Shown here: positions 13,900 through 59,043 of the stretch, in pieces
Layout of the letters: every line of letters begins with the position of its first letter
Numbering within the stretch: position 1 is the first letter of the stretch
Source of the DNA: the human T2T-CHM13v2.0 reference genome, Homo sapiens
DNA: 64,000 bases
Assembly (NCBI RefSeq): GCF_009914755.1
Contig: NC_060930.1
Reading direction: 5' to 3' (one strand)
Program-made: the position numbers and the translations under genes
The notes under the pieces: model-generated
What the model saw: the letters and a program-made list of their open reading frames with translations, nothing else
What the model was told of the DNA's origin: nothing
Databases searched by the model: none

Positions 13900-14245
13900 T
13901 CTGTCATAGCACTTTTCTAGAAGTAGAAACACAGCTGACTCACGTTTTAGTCTGCAACTGTGTCCAAATGTGGGTCCCCAAATATGCTTTGGCCTGTGTG
14001 TGTGGCCATCAGTACATGTACATCTGTGTGTGCACGTTACTCTGCCTTGCCAATTTAAGAAACTTCATATTCAGTTTTTGAAAGTGCCAGGTTTTTATTG
14101 TATTTTGGAGAACTCTCATTAGTTCTCCTCCCCTCCCCTTTTCTTTACTCCTTCCCTCTCATCATTGTTTCACGTTAGATCTTGTTACTTTTCCATGACC
14201 TTCTCCTTGGGTTCACTAAGAACTCTGGATAAATAGTAGATCTCT

Positions 14246-14728
<483 letters not shown>

Positions 14729-14967
14729 CTACAGATATTTAGATTTACTAGGTCCCATATTTACATAGCATTTTTATCTACTAGGTTTCATTTAAATTAC
14801 ATGAACCCCAAATAGGTAAGAATATTATTAGAACATAGATTTGTTTTTGCATTTTCTGTACTTAAAACAATAATTCCATTGCACACTAGAGCATGCTGCC
14901 TAAGTATTATTGTAAGTGTAGGATACTCTCCTCATCTAAGAATTTTACTCTCTTTTCAAAAACCAAA

Positions 14968-16980
14968 ATTATGGTGAAAGGTAGGGGTCCAGTTTCATTC
15001 TTCTGCATATGGCTAGCCAGTTATCCCAGCACCATTTACTGAATGGAGAGTCCTTTCCCTATTGCTTATTTTTGTCTACTTGGTAAAAAATCATATGGTT
15101 GTAGGTGTGTGTATTACACTGTTCTTGCATTACTATAAAGAAATGCCAGAGACTGGGTAATTTATATGAAAAGAGGTTTTATTGGCTCATGGTTCTGCAG
15201 ACTGTGCAGGAAGCACAGTGCCAGCATCTGCTTCTGGGGAGGCCTCAGGAAGCTTTTACTCATGGCAGAAGACGAAGAAAGAGCAGGTGCTTCACATGGC
15301 AAAAGCAGGAGCGAGGGAGAGTAGGGGGACTGTCACACACTTTTAAATGACCACATCTTGTGAGAACTCATTATTGCCAAGCAGCACCAAGCTGTGAAAG
15401 CCGCATCCCCATGACCCAGATGCCTCCCACCAGACCCCCACCTCCAGCATCGGGTATTACAATTCAACATGAGATTTGGGTGGGGACAAATATACAAACT
15501 ATATCAGTGTGAAGCTTTATTTCTGAGTTCTCTATTCTGTTCCATTGGTCTGTGTGTCTGTTTTTGTATCAGTACCATGATGTTTTGGTTACTGTGGACT
15601 TACTGTAGTTTGAAGTTGGATAATGTGATGCCGCTGCCTTTGTTTTTGTTTATTTGTTTGTTTGTTTTGTTTTTTGCTTATGATTGCTTTGGCTCTTGGG
15701 ATTCTTTTCTGGTTCATATGAATTTTAAAATAATTTTTCTAATTCTGTGAAAAATGACTTTGGTAGTTTGGTAGGAATAGTGCTAATCTGTAGATTGTTT
15801 TGATAAGATGGATTAAAGATTTAAACATAAGACCTGGGAACTACAAGAATCTAGATGAAAATGTAGGAAATGCCATTCTAGGCATCAGCCTTAGGAAAGA
15901 ATTTATGGCTAAGACCTCAAAAGCAATTGCGACAAAAAAGAAAACTGACAAGTGGAACCTAATTAAACTAATGAGCTTTTGCACAGCAAAAGAAACTATC
16001 AACAGAGTAAACAGACAACCTACAGAATGGGAAACAACACTTGCAAACTGCATCTGACCAAAGGTCTAATAAAGGCTTATATCCAGGATGTATAAGGAAC
16101 TTGAATCAACAAGAAAAAAAAACTCCATTAAAACTGGGCAAAGGACATGAACAGATACTTCTCAAAAGAAGACATCCAAGCAGCCAAGAAAGATATGAAT
16201 AAATGCTCAACATCACTCATTATCAGAGAAATGCAAATCAAAACCACAATGAGATACAATCTCATACCAGTCAGAATAGCTATTATTTAAAAAGTCAAAA
16301 ATAACAGCTGCTGGTGGGGCTGTGGAGAAAAGGGAACACTGTACTGTTGGTGTGGGAATGTAAATTAGTTCAGCCACTGTGGAAAGCAGTTTGGAGATTT
16401 CTCAAAGAACTCAAAACAGAACTACCATTTGACCCAGCAATCCCATTACTAAGTATATACCCAAAGGAGAAGAAATTGTTAAAAGACACATGCGCTCGTA
16501 TGTTCATGATAGCACTATTCACAATAGCAAAGACATGGAATCAACACAGTTGCCCATCAGTGATGGGTTAGATAAAGAACATATGGTACATATACACCAT
16601 AGAATACCACAGAGCCATAAAAAAGAACAAAATCATGTCTTTTGCAGCAACATGGATGCAGCTGGAGGCCATTATCCTAAGCAAGTTAAGGCAGGAACAG
16701 AAAACCAAATACTGCATATTCTCACTTTTAAATGGAAGCTAAACATTTGGTACACATAGATATAAAGATGGTAACAACAGACACTAGCGGCTACTACAGC
16801 TGGGAAACAGGGAGGGGGAAAGGGCTGAAAACTACCTTTTGGGTATTATGCTTATCACCTGGGTGACAGGATCATTTGTACCCCAAACCTCAGCATTACT
16901 GAATATACCCATGTAACAAACCTGCACATGGGCCTCCTGAATCTAAAATAACACTTGAAATTATTGAAATAAAAATAAAA
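14968..16980 (+). mobile_element. 5'-inverted L1 (L1PA15-16/L1PB type): inverted segment 14968-15797 plus sense 3' segment 15800-16980
   Basis: ORFs 15800..16057 and 16314..16571 are L1 ORF2 C-terminal remnants; 3' UTR and A-rich tail at about 16970. The left segment is reverse-oriented ORF2. Confidence 0.85.
15110..15506 (-). mobile_element. MST (MSTA/B) MaLR solo LTR inserted in the L1
   Basis: TG...CA ends with perfect 5-bp TSD GTGTG (15105-15109 and 15507-15511). Confidence 0.88.
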
Positions 16981-17420
16981 GTGATACATTTGGAACATGC
17001 CCAGTACAACCACAGGACAGCGAAGCAGAGGAAATTCGAGGTATCGGCTTTCAGTATAAAATCAAAGTGATGTGTTTCAGAACAGATTTTGACGTTGACA
17101 TGACTTTCTAGTTGACTTTTTTAGTATTCCTCTTGCTATTCAGAACATTGTGATTAAGAGTCAGTTTCTTTCACTTTTGTTATATACTTATATATTTATA
17201 TATTTTTGGTATATATTGTGTATAAAACAGATTATTAGGAAAAAAATCTTGGTTTCTTCAAAGAATCCAGTAAAGAGGGTGATGTTTTTAAGACCCCTTT
17301 TCCTAGTGGTTGCACTTCATGAATTAATAATTCTGGAACTTATGCTGTTTATTTTGTTACCTTTTAATGTATGTTCCCCTACAAAGTAAGCTTCTGAAAA
17401 ATGAATGCAAAAGTCCCACG

Positions 17421-17730
<310 letters not shown>

Positions 17731-18009
17731 GTCCCTTGTGTATATTAAAAGGAGATGGTTTTGCCACAAACTGTAGTTAAGGCAAACAGTTAACTTAAAT
17801 TTACTATGGACCAAAAGTAGAGATTATTAGATTATTTAATTTAATTATTCAATGTATAGAAAGTTTTTTAGTGTAGTGCTTTTCAGACGTAACTATTGGG
17901 AGTGTATTTTGAAATACATATCACATATAGCAAAAAGAAAAGGAAAACAATCCTATTTTTTAAATTACATTGCAATATATACAGATATAAATATAAATAC
18001 ATATATTCA

Positions 18010-18510
18010 CTATGATAGCATCCAAAATGGCCCCCATGAAGCCCCACCTCCTGATATTCTCAACTCTGTTTGATTCTGTCCACGTTGTGCCATTGTTGGT
18101 CCATGTGACCAACATCATGTGGAAGAAGAGATGTCACTTCTGTGATTAGGTTTTCAAAGACTGTGGCTTACATCCAAGTTCCCTCGCTCTTTCTCTCATG
18201 TGCTTTCTCTCTCAGTATCATTGCTCTAGGAGAAGCCAGATGACATTTTATGAAAGTTTTTCTAGCATCCTAAAGAATGGAGGCCTGGCAACCGCCGTGA
18301 GTGAGCTGAGAAGCAGATTTTCTCCAGCCCCACCCGAGCCTTGAGATGATGGCAGCCCTGGGGACAAGTTAACTACAACTTTCCAAAGGCCCTGATCCAG
18401 AACAACTCCACTAAGCCAGTCCCAGATCCTGACCCTCAGAAATGCTATAAGATAATAAATGTTTGTTGTTTTAAGATAATAGTTTGGGGGCAATTCATTA
18501 CACCACAAGG
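18010..18510 (+). mobile_element. MLT1E/F-like MaLR LTR in the distal VNN1 3' UTR region
   Basis: ccaaaatggccccc...gatcctgaccctcagaa...ataataaatgtttgttgttttaag. Confidence 0.65.
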
Positions 18511-19299
18511 GAGACCTACTATAGTTGACAACGTTGAGCAAAAAAGAAACACTTAGGATGTTTTTGAAGTTTTTAATAATTCAAGCCTATCACCAACACA
18601 TCAATATGTTTTCTGTTTTACATTGAAATTATATGAGAATACAGAGAATTGCTCTGAGGATTCCTGTTTCTAAATACATTATGGGCTTTCTTATTTTCTA
18701 TTAGGTCTTGAAAAAAAGCAAATGTCAGTTAATGTCACCCAAAAGAACAAGGGATTTTACTCAAATATTTCTTGGATGATATAGTACTTTTTAGGAAAAA
18801 CATCTGCCACAAAAATGTTTGTCTCAAAATGATGTTTTGCTGGCATAGATCACTACTGCAAGTGCCTTGCTCTCCTGTGCAGAAGGGCATGCTTTGCACA
18901 GTGCATGGCTGTTATCGGTACTATGTAATTGTCCATCATCACAGCACTATGATATTAGTGCTCAGAGTCTATCAGTCAGTTGGGAGATATTTTGGCTTAA
19001 ATGATGTTGTTTCACTGAGTTGTGTAATGTCAAGAGATTCTGCTGTTACTAAAATAGAACACACAATGCTATATTAAATATCTAATTTCTTAAAATGGGA
19101 CTCTCTGGTTTTCTAATTCCAGAGGAATTCAATGATCTAATGGTTTCACTATCAATCCATCAGCAATCCTTCTCTAAGAGTGTCTATTGGAGTCTTGAGG
19201 ACCCAGACCAGCTGAATATTCTTACCAGGTAAGCCTTTTGTTGAAGCTTCAGATTACAGTAGAAAACAGTAGTGGTGGGGAGAGGAACAGGAATGGGTC

Positions 19300-19660
19300 T
19301 TTGATTCATTTGCCAGGGCTGCCTAACAAAGTACCATGGACTGGGTGACTTAAACAATAGAAATTTATTTCTCATAGTTTTGGAGGCTGGAAGTCCAAGA
19401 TCAAGGTGTTGGCAGGGTTGGTTTCTTCTGAGGCCCTCTCTTCTTAGCTTGTAAAGAGTTGTCCTTCCTCTGTGTCTCCTTATGGTCTCCCTTTGTGCCT
19501 GTTGTGCCCTACTCGCCTCTTCTTTTATGATCATCAGTCATATTGAATTAGGGTCTATCCTAATGACCTTATTTTACCTCTTTAAAGACCCTGTCTCCAA
19601 ATACAGTCACATTCTGAGGTGCTTCAACATGTAAATTTTGGGGAGACATTATCAACCCAC
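19300..19660 (-). mobile_element. MLT1B/C-like MaLR LTR within the VNN1 3' UTR, sense to VNN1
   Basis: gccagggctgcctaacaaagtacc...ggaggctggaagtccaagatcaaggtgttggcaggg. Confidence 0.78.
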
Positions 19661-20108
19661 AAGAGAATCAAAATGTATTGTTTAGGTAAAAAACAAAAAG
19701 AGCAAACAAACAAAGTCATTGGAAATTTTCAGCAGAGCTGAATAAGTGATACGTAATATAATAAAAGTGGTAACAAGAGCAGCCTCCTTGTAAGTAAATT
19801 TTATGATAGTTCTTATGTTTTCTACCCGTAGTTTTTATTTCTTCTGCGTAAAAGATTTGTGATACTTATTTGATATAATTAGCTCACGTCCAAGAAAGAC
19901 CAATGTTCAAATATAGTTTTTTAAATAAAATCTACATTAACAGATAATTTATTAAGTTTATATTATCTGGTGTGTGTGTGTTTGTCTAAATAAAGAGAAA
20001 CTAGTAATTCACTTATACTAGAGGATAATATTAACCCGGACCAATCTTTCTTTTCTCATCCATCATTTTTTAAATTATCCCAAATAAAAAAGAGAAAAAG
20101 TCAATATT

Positions 20109-51002
<30,894 letters not shown>

Positions 51003-51039
51003 GCTGAAGTCCAATGAGTGCTGAAAAACAGAGCATGTC

Positions 51040-51145
51040 CTGGTATTTATAGAAAGAAGACACGTGGTGTCCAGAACTTAGTACCTTAAACTACGGAAGT
51101 TAATTAAGAAAACGCTATGATTTCATAGCATTGTTACATAACAAA
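51040..51145 (-). promoter_or_regulatory. VNN1: VNN1 core/proximal promoter: TATA box, E-box, ETS site, PAR-bZIP/NFIL3 D-box
   Basis: TATAAATA (minus) at 51044-51051, about 45 nt upstream of the ATG. CACGTG at 51061-51066, ACGGAAGT at 51093-51100, GTTATGTAAC (minus) at 51133-51142. Confidence 0.75.
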
Positions 51146-51195
51146 AGACCCTACCTTATTGCAGTAATTTGTGAAGATTAACTCAAGAACTCTAT

Positions 51196-52020
<825 letters not shown>

Positions 52021-52164
52021 ATATATTTTGGAATGTCAACACAAGACATTCAAATAATTTTAAAACTTTATTATTATTTTCATGTGAATATTTCAGCTCT
52101 ACACTTTGATTTACTTTATTTTCCTCAAAATGGGGAAGCCAGGACAAAGAGGAATACAAAAGAG

Positions 52165-52610
52165 TTACTCATTTTCTATTGCTATATAACAAATTATCCC
52201 CAAATTCAGCAGCTTCAAAAAGCAAAAATACATCATCTCCCACTTTCTCTGGGTCAGGAATCCAGGGGCAGTTTAGCTGGTGCCTCTGGCCCAAGGTCTC
52301 TTTCACAAGGCTGCAGTCAAGCAGCTGCCAGGGCTAGCTATATCAAGGCTTGACTCCAGGAGGATTCACTTCCGAGCTCCAAGCTCCCTCATGTGGCTGA
52401 CGGCAGGGATCAAGACCTCATTGGTTGTTGCCCAGAGACATGAGTTCCTAGTGATGCAAACCTCACCATAGGGCAGCCCGCATTATGGTATCTGGATTCC
52501 CTTAGAGCCAGACAGCAAGTGAACCCACTGGAGATGGAAGCCACGGATGCTTCGTAATGTAATTGGGGAAGCAACACCTCATCGCTTTTGTTGTATTCTA
52601 TCCAATAAAG
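52165..52610 (-). mobile_element. Old MLT1 (F/G-like) LTR
   Basis: ttttctattgctatataacaaattatccc...tctctgggtcaggaatccagg. Confidence 0.55.
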
Positions 52611-53204
52611 CATTAGGAACCATCTTTGAAGCTGCTTATCACAGAGGCAGCAGAGGTGTATAAAGAATCAGAGCAAAAAAAAGAAAAAATGAGCTGGGGA
52701 GCGAGATCCAGAGAGAGGAGAGGGAAATTATATAAAATAGAAAAACTGTTCATAGATTTTGATATTGAGTAAGCTGGCAAATTTTGTTTCAGTTGTGCAT
52801 TAAGTATAATATTTACAGAATTAGTGTTTATGTTTTTCCATTTTATTTTTAGATCTATTTGTCTTTGAATGGTATTTTTATAGTTCAATCTGCAAACAGG
52901 CATATCTAATTTTTTACTTTAGTAACTATAATGCATTTATTCTGCAATTGCCAAGGTAACCCAGGGGTTGTGGTTGGCTGGTTCTCCTGAGTTTCCGGTA
53001 AACACCAGCTTCTCTAACTGCTTGCTGACCTCTTAGGGCCTTTCCATGCCCAGGTGGGTGGGAATACCACATATTTCACAAAAAGATGTCATTATTATGT
53101 AACAATTTGTAAAAGGAAGCACTGAAATAAAAGTTAAAACTGAGATGAGTTGGCAAGAGGTTAAAAAATTACTTCTTGACCTTCTTAGATTAAAAATATT
53201 AATC

Positions 53205-53765
53205 CTCCCGTGGAGTTTCTAGTCCAACTCATAAAGAGCTTGGCAGTCATTTTTCCCATGCTCACACCAAGAAAAAAGCTAAACAAATGAAAATCGACAA
53301 CTTTTCTAGGATGCATCAGAGAATTGAGATCACAGGATAAACTGCGGTCCTCAGAACTGCAGAGATAGGCAGATACAGAGGTTAAGAGTGTACTGCGAGC
53401 AGAGTCCTCTGCGGCTGGCGCCAGTACCGTGGGTTCACTTGAACTGTAATTGACGAATTGGTGGAGGCTCAGGGTGGACAACCTTGAGAGTTCTGGTCTG
53501 TTCTTCTTAACAAAAGCCTGCCCTCAAAGTAAAGTATTTTACCAGAGCCTAACCTACCTAGGGGAAGGAAAAATGCCAACCCCAGCCACTCTAATCTTTA
53601 ACTTGGGGAAAGGGAAAATCTCATCTCTAGCTTGTTTTTATGCCAACTAATGGCAGAAGAAAAAAGCCAAGTGAAGTTCATAAACCCAGGGGTACAGGCT
53701 CACTAAAAGACTGAGACTAAATCATAGGACCAATAACCTTGTCCCTCCTCCAGCATGTCACTGCC
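53205..53765 (+). mobile_element. Old L1M 5' UTR fragment
   Basis: aaagagcttggcagtcatt...aagctaaacaaatgaaaatcgacaac...aaaagactgagac; resembles old L1M 5' ends. Confidence 0.5.
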
Positions 53766-53839
53766 ACATGAATCTACCCTTTCTGGCCTACTTAGCATGT
53801 ACTAGCTGAGAGCAAATCTTCAGATGAAATAATGCAGTT

Positions 53840-54324
<485 letters not shown>

Positions 54325-54837
54325 TCACACAAAGTAGAAACTGGGAGAATTGTCTCCAAGGAAATGACTTTGAGTGTAGACAAAAGCCCTAATTGATACC
54401 TCCAGACTCCTCCAACCAAACTTGCATAGATGGAGCAGATTGCCTTTTGCAAGGAAAACATGACATCGCACTGTCCAGAATAGGGCAAGACCCACAGTAT
54501 TCTGGATTTTGCTAGCACAGCAGTGATCACCCCACCCCAGGCAGCAGGTCCCCAGAGGAACTCAGAAGCAAGTCCTGCCCAGCTTACGCAGAGAGAACCA
54601 GAAACAAGGGAAAAGGAGGGAAGAGCAAGGACTGAGTGGAGTGGGCACTGCCTCTTGCACTTCACCTGGTGAACTCTGAAAAGCCATGTGCACAGCATGT
54701 AAAAGTGTGTCCATATACTTGTGTCTGATAAAAGATTGATTGGCAGTCGGCCTCTGCATTGCTACTCAAAATATACGCCCATATTTTAATATTTAGTGGC
54801 TACAACACAATGTCAATTCTTTTGTTGACATTAATCT

Positions 54838-55763
54838 GGTTTTAGGAGAAACAATCCATTTTTCCTCTGGTCTCATAGCACAACAACTAACACAAAAGAC
54901 TGGTTACTCCCAAGTAGGTGGAGATTTCTCCCCACTAGAAAGCAAGCAATTGACTCTGCATCAGACATCAGCTGGCTATCTTCCAGTTCAATCCAAATAC
55001 TATTTATCCAAAGATAGCATCAGATCCCACATGTTAAGGGCTCAGTCCCACAAAACCGCCCCCTCCTTCCCACCAGTAACAAGTCTGGGCTTCCAGATCT
55101 TCCGACCAAATGGCTCTGGGTTGGGGTTTCCATGACCCCTTTTTTTTTTAGTTCAATTAGTTTGCTAGAGTGGCTCACAGAACTCAGGGAAACACTTACC
55201 TTTAGTGGCTTATTGTAAAGGATATTACAAAGGATACAAATGAAGAGGTGCATAGAGCAAGGTATGGGGGAAGGACTGGAGAGCCTTCCACGCACCCCTA
55301 GGTGTGCCACCCTCCAGGAACCCTCCACGTGTTCAGCTGTAAGGAAACTCTCCGAACCCTGTCCTTTTGGGTTTTTATGGAAGCTTCATTACATAGTCAC
55401 GATTGACAACCATGTAGAAATGCGATTGGACAAAAAGGTTATGATCCCATACTAACAGTTTGAGTGGGGAAACCCAGTAAAGCTTGTCTGTTCAGGTTTG
55501 TCTTGACATCTCTTTATAGCATTTCTTCCTCTAGGGTATGGGGTGGGACCCTCTCTGAAATGAGGGTCTTTTGAGCCACAATCAGATTATAGTCCTGCCT
55601 TAGGTAGGTAAAGGGAGGACAGGGTAAGGTCAGAGAGGGAGATTCTGTTTCATGAGGCCTGCTCCTGAGGCCTAAAACCCCCTAATGTTAAAACAAACAA
55701 ACAAACAAAAAAAAAACCCTAACAAAGGATATGGGAGTTATAAGCCAGGAACTGTAATATCAC
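54838..55763 (-). mobile_element. MER21-like LTR
   Basis: agatagcatcagatcccacatgttaagggctcagtcccacaa and gctcacagaactcagggaaacacttac are MER21 hallmarks; ends tatcaca. Confidence 0.7.
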
Positions 55764-56179
55764 AAGTTGCTAATGTTACAATAATACATATCTCTGCATA
55801 GGACTTAATAAAACTATTTTTGCATTGTTAATGTAGCCTGTAAACATGATGATGTGGCTTGAACTTGCTCTCATGAAAGAAAAAATTTTTTTGTTTACCA
55901 GTGAGTTATACTCTGCTGTATCAGAAATATTAATTAAAGCCATAAGAGTGGCTTCACTATCCATAGAAAGATTTTAGATAAGGAAGATACAGCTGTGAGA
56001 GCTGAGTCTAGCAGAGTGCATCATTTATATCAATGACAAACAAAATAAATGTGGTTGGAGGAGGGAGAAGAGACAAAAAGGTCAACGAAAATAAAAAGCG
56101 AAAGGCATTAAAGTGTGGGGGGTAAAATTACTCCAAGAAGTACAGGCTTAGTAAGAGCTGAGAACTGACCATGAGATTT

Positions 56180-56502
56180 GACTTTTTTTTTTTTAGACAA
56201 GGTCTCACTCTATTGCCCAGGCTGGAGGGCAGTGGTACAATCTTGGCTCACTGCAGCCTCTATCTCCTGGGCTCAAGTAATCCTCCAACTCCTGAGCTCA
56301 AGTGATCCTCCCACCCCAGCCTCTCCAGTAGCTGGGATCACACTAGCATACTCGGCTAATTTGCTGTTGTTGTTATTGTTTGTAGAGACAGGGTTTTGCC
56401 ATATTGTCCAGGCTGGTCTCAAACTCCTTGGCTCAAGCCATCTGCCTGCTTTGTCCTTCCAAAGTGCTGAGATTACAGGTGTGAGTTATGGTAGCCTGCC
56501 CC
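56180..56502 (-). mobile_element. AluJ with a short internal duplication
   Basis: ctcctgggctcaagtaatcctcc occurs twice; TSD gagatttga. Confidence 0.85.
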
Positions 56503-57155
56503 GAGATTTGATTTTAAAGTTCCTTTTAATAAAGAGGGGGGCAGGAGTCAGCTTACATAAAAATGCCATGAGGTGAGAGGTGCCAAGGAAGCTGGGGCAA
56601 CCAGAGTACATAATGCAGCCTACAGACAACTGGCTTAGGAAAGAGAAGAAAGAATTCTAGAAGGAACAAATGTAAGGCGATAAAGAGGGAAGATGCCCAC
56701 CTACTGCACACAGAGGAATCGGGGGCACAAACCTAAGATCCGAGAGTGATAGTCCCTGAAGAGAGAATCCAGGAAAAATGGGAGGGGGAAACCGAGTGCA
56801 TTTTCTGCCACCCAGAATATCTCTGACTTACTGGTACTGGACTGAATTATAGCAGGTGGAAATAAACACCTAGGAAAAGTTCAGAAATGCGTTTGTCAAA
56901 CATTCTGTGGACAAAGAGGTGTCTCCTACATAACCCAGAGAACCCAGCTGCTCTTCAGCATATCTCTTTCCAGAGTTAATCAGTGACCAACCAGAAAAAT
57001 GACTAAGAGAGCCAAGACAGTGGGCCAGAGGTATCTGGGGAAAAGGTGACATGGTGGTCCTGTCTAGGAAGCTCCCAGCCTGGCACAGCCTGCAATAAAC
57101 CCCTGACCACTGAGAAGGGCTCAACCAAGATTGGGTAGATTTCAGAACAGAATAA

Positions 57156-57527
<372 letters not shown>

Positions 57528-57556
57528 TAATTTATTTTTCAAAAAATTTCTGTTTT

Positions 57557-58843
57557 GGCTGGCCCTGTGGCTCACACCTGTAATCTCAGCACTTTGGGAG
57601 GCCAAGGATAGCAAATCACTTGAGGTCAGGAGTTCAAGACCAGCCTGGCCTGGCCAACATGATGAAACCCCATCTCTACCAAAAATATAAAAAATTAGCC
57701 AGATGTGGTGGCGTGTGCCTGAAGTCCCAGCTACTTGGGAGGATGAGGCAGGAGAATCACTTGAACCAGGGATGAAGGGGACCAGCCCCTCCATGCCTAT
57801 GGGTATTTCTCGTCAGATGGGATAAGAGACTGAGAAAAGAAATAAGACACAGAGACAAAGTATAGAGAAAGAATAGTGGGCCCAGGGGACCGGCGCTCAG
57901 CATACAGAGGACCCGCATGGGTACCGGTCTCTGAGTTCCCTCAGTATTTATTGATTACTATTTTCATTATCTCAGCAAGGGGAATGCGGCAGGAGAACAG
58001 GGTGATAGTGGGGAGAAGGTCAGCAAGAAAACATGTGAGCAAAGGAATCCGTGTCACAAATAAGTTCAAGGGAAGGTACTATGCCTGGATGTGCATGTAG
58101 GCCAGAGTGTAATAAAGAGTAACAGAGCAGCATTGTTGCCAACATGTCTCGCCTCCAGCCACAGGGCGGTTTTCTCCTATCTCAGAATAGAACAAATGTA
58201 CAATCGGGTTTTATACCGAGACATTCCATTCCCAGGGGCATGCAGGAGACAGAGGCCTTCCTCTTATCTCAACTGCAAGAGGTCTTCCTCTTTTACTAAT
58301 CTTCCTCAGCACAGACCCTTCACGGGTGTCGGGCTGGGGGACGGTCAGGTCTTTCCCATCCCAAGAGGCCATATCTCAAGCTCTCTCAGTGGGGAGAAAC
58401 CTTGGACAATACCCGGCTTTCCTGGGCAGAGGTCCCTGCAGCTTTTCGCAGTGCATTGTGCCCCTGGTTAATCGAGAATGGAGAATGGCGGTGACTTTTA
58501 CCTAGCGTACTGCCTGTAAACATATTGTTAACAAGGCACACCCCGGATAGCCCTAGATCCTTTAAACCTTGATTCCATACAACACATGTTTCTGTGAGAA
58601 CAAGGTTGGGGCTAAAGTTACAGATTAACAGCATCTCAAGGCAAAACAATTGTTCAGGATACAGTTCAAAATGGAGTTTCTTATGTCTTCCTTTTCTACA
58701 CAGACACAGTAACAGTCTGATCTCTCTTTCTTTTCCCTACACAGGGAGGCGGAGGCTGCAGTGAGCCGAGGTTGTGCCACTGCATGCACTCCAGCCTGGG
58801 GGACAGAGTGAGACTCGGTCTCAAAAAAATTAAAAAAAAAAAA
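57557..58843 (+). mobile_element. AluS split by an LTR5 insertion (57557-57772 and 58742-58843)
   Basis: The Alu right arm breaks at cacttgaaccaggga and resumes at cagggaggcggaggctgcagtgagccg. Confidence 0.9.
57773..58741 (-). mobile_element. HERV-K(HML-2) LTR5 (5A/5B-type) solo LTR, 969 bp
   Basis: Minus strand starts TGTAGGGAAAAGAAAGAGAGATCAGACTGTTACTGTGTC and ends CTGGTCCCCTTCA; perfect 6-bp TSD CAGGGA (57767-57772 and 58742-58747). Confidence 0.93.
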
Positions 58844-59043
58844 ATCCATTTCAAGTATCCAATTTCCATATAAATAGAACTTAGGAGTCAAATTAGTCAT
58901 GACTAAAGGGACAATACTAGCTAAAAAGTTGTTCATAGTTACTTTAAAAGATGTCCTTATTCTTTAATTTCCTGTATCTTAATTGGCTGGAATCAAATAC
59001 CCTCTGCATATTCAAAGTTCATCCTATGTATTTACAAATGAAG

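Larger units (their letters stand above)
17810..20108 (-). other. VNN1: VNN1 3' UTR (maximal extent approximate) with several candidate polyA signals
   Basis: Minus-strand AATAAA at 19948-19953, 19834-19839 and 19364-19369; ATTAAA at 18572-18577 and 17835-17840. The true end cannot be fixed from sequence alone. Confidence 0.6.

Noticed and set aside
57876-58936. ORFs within the HERV-K LTR as rec/np9-like products
   Set aside because: The element is a solo LTR with no internal proviral sequence, so these are incidental frames.
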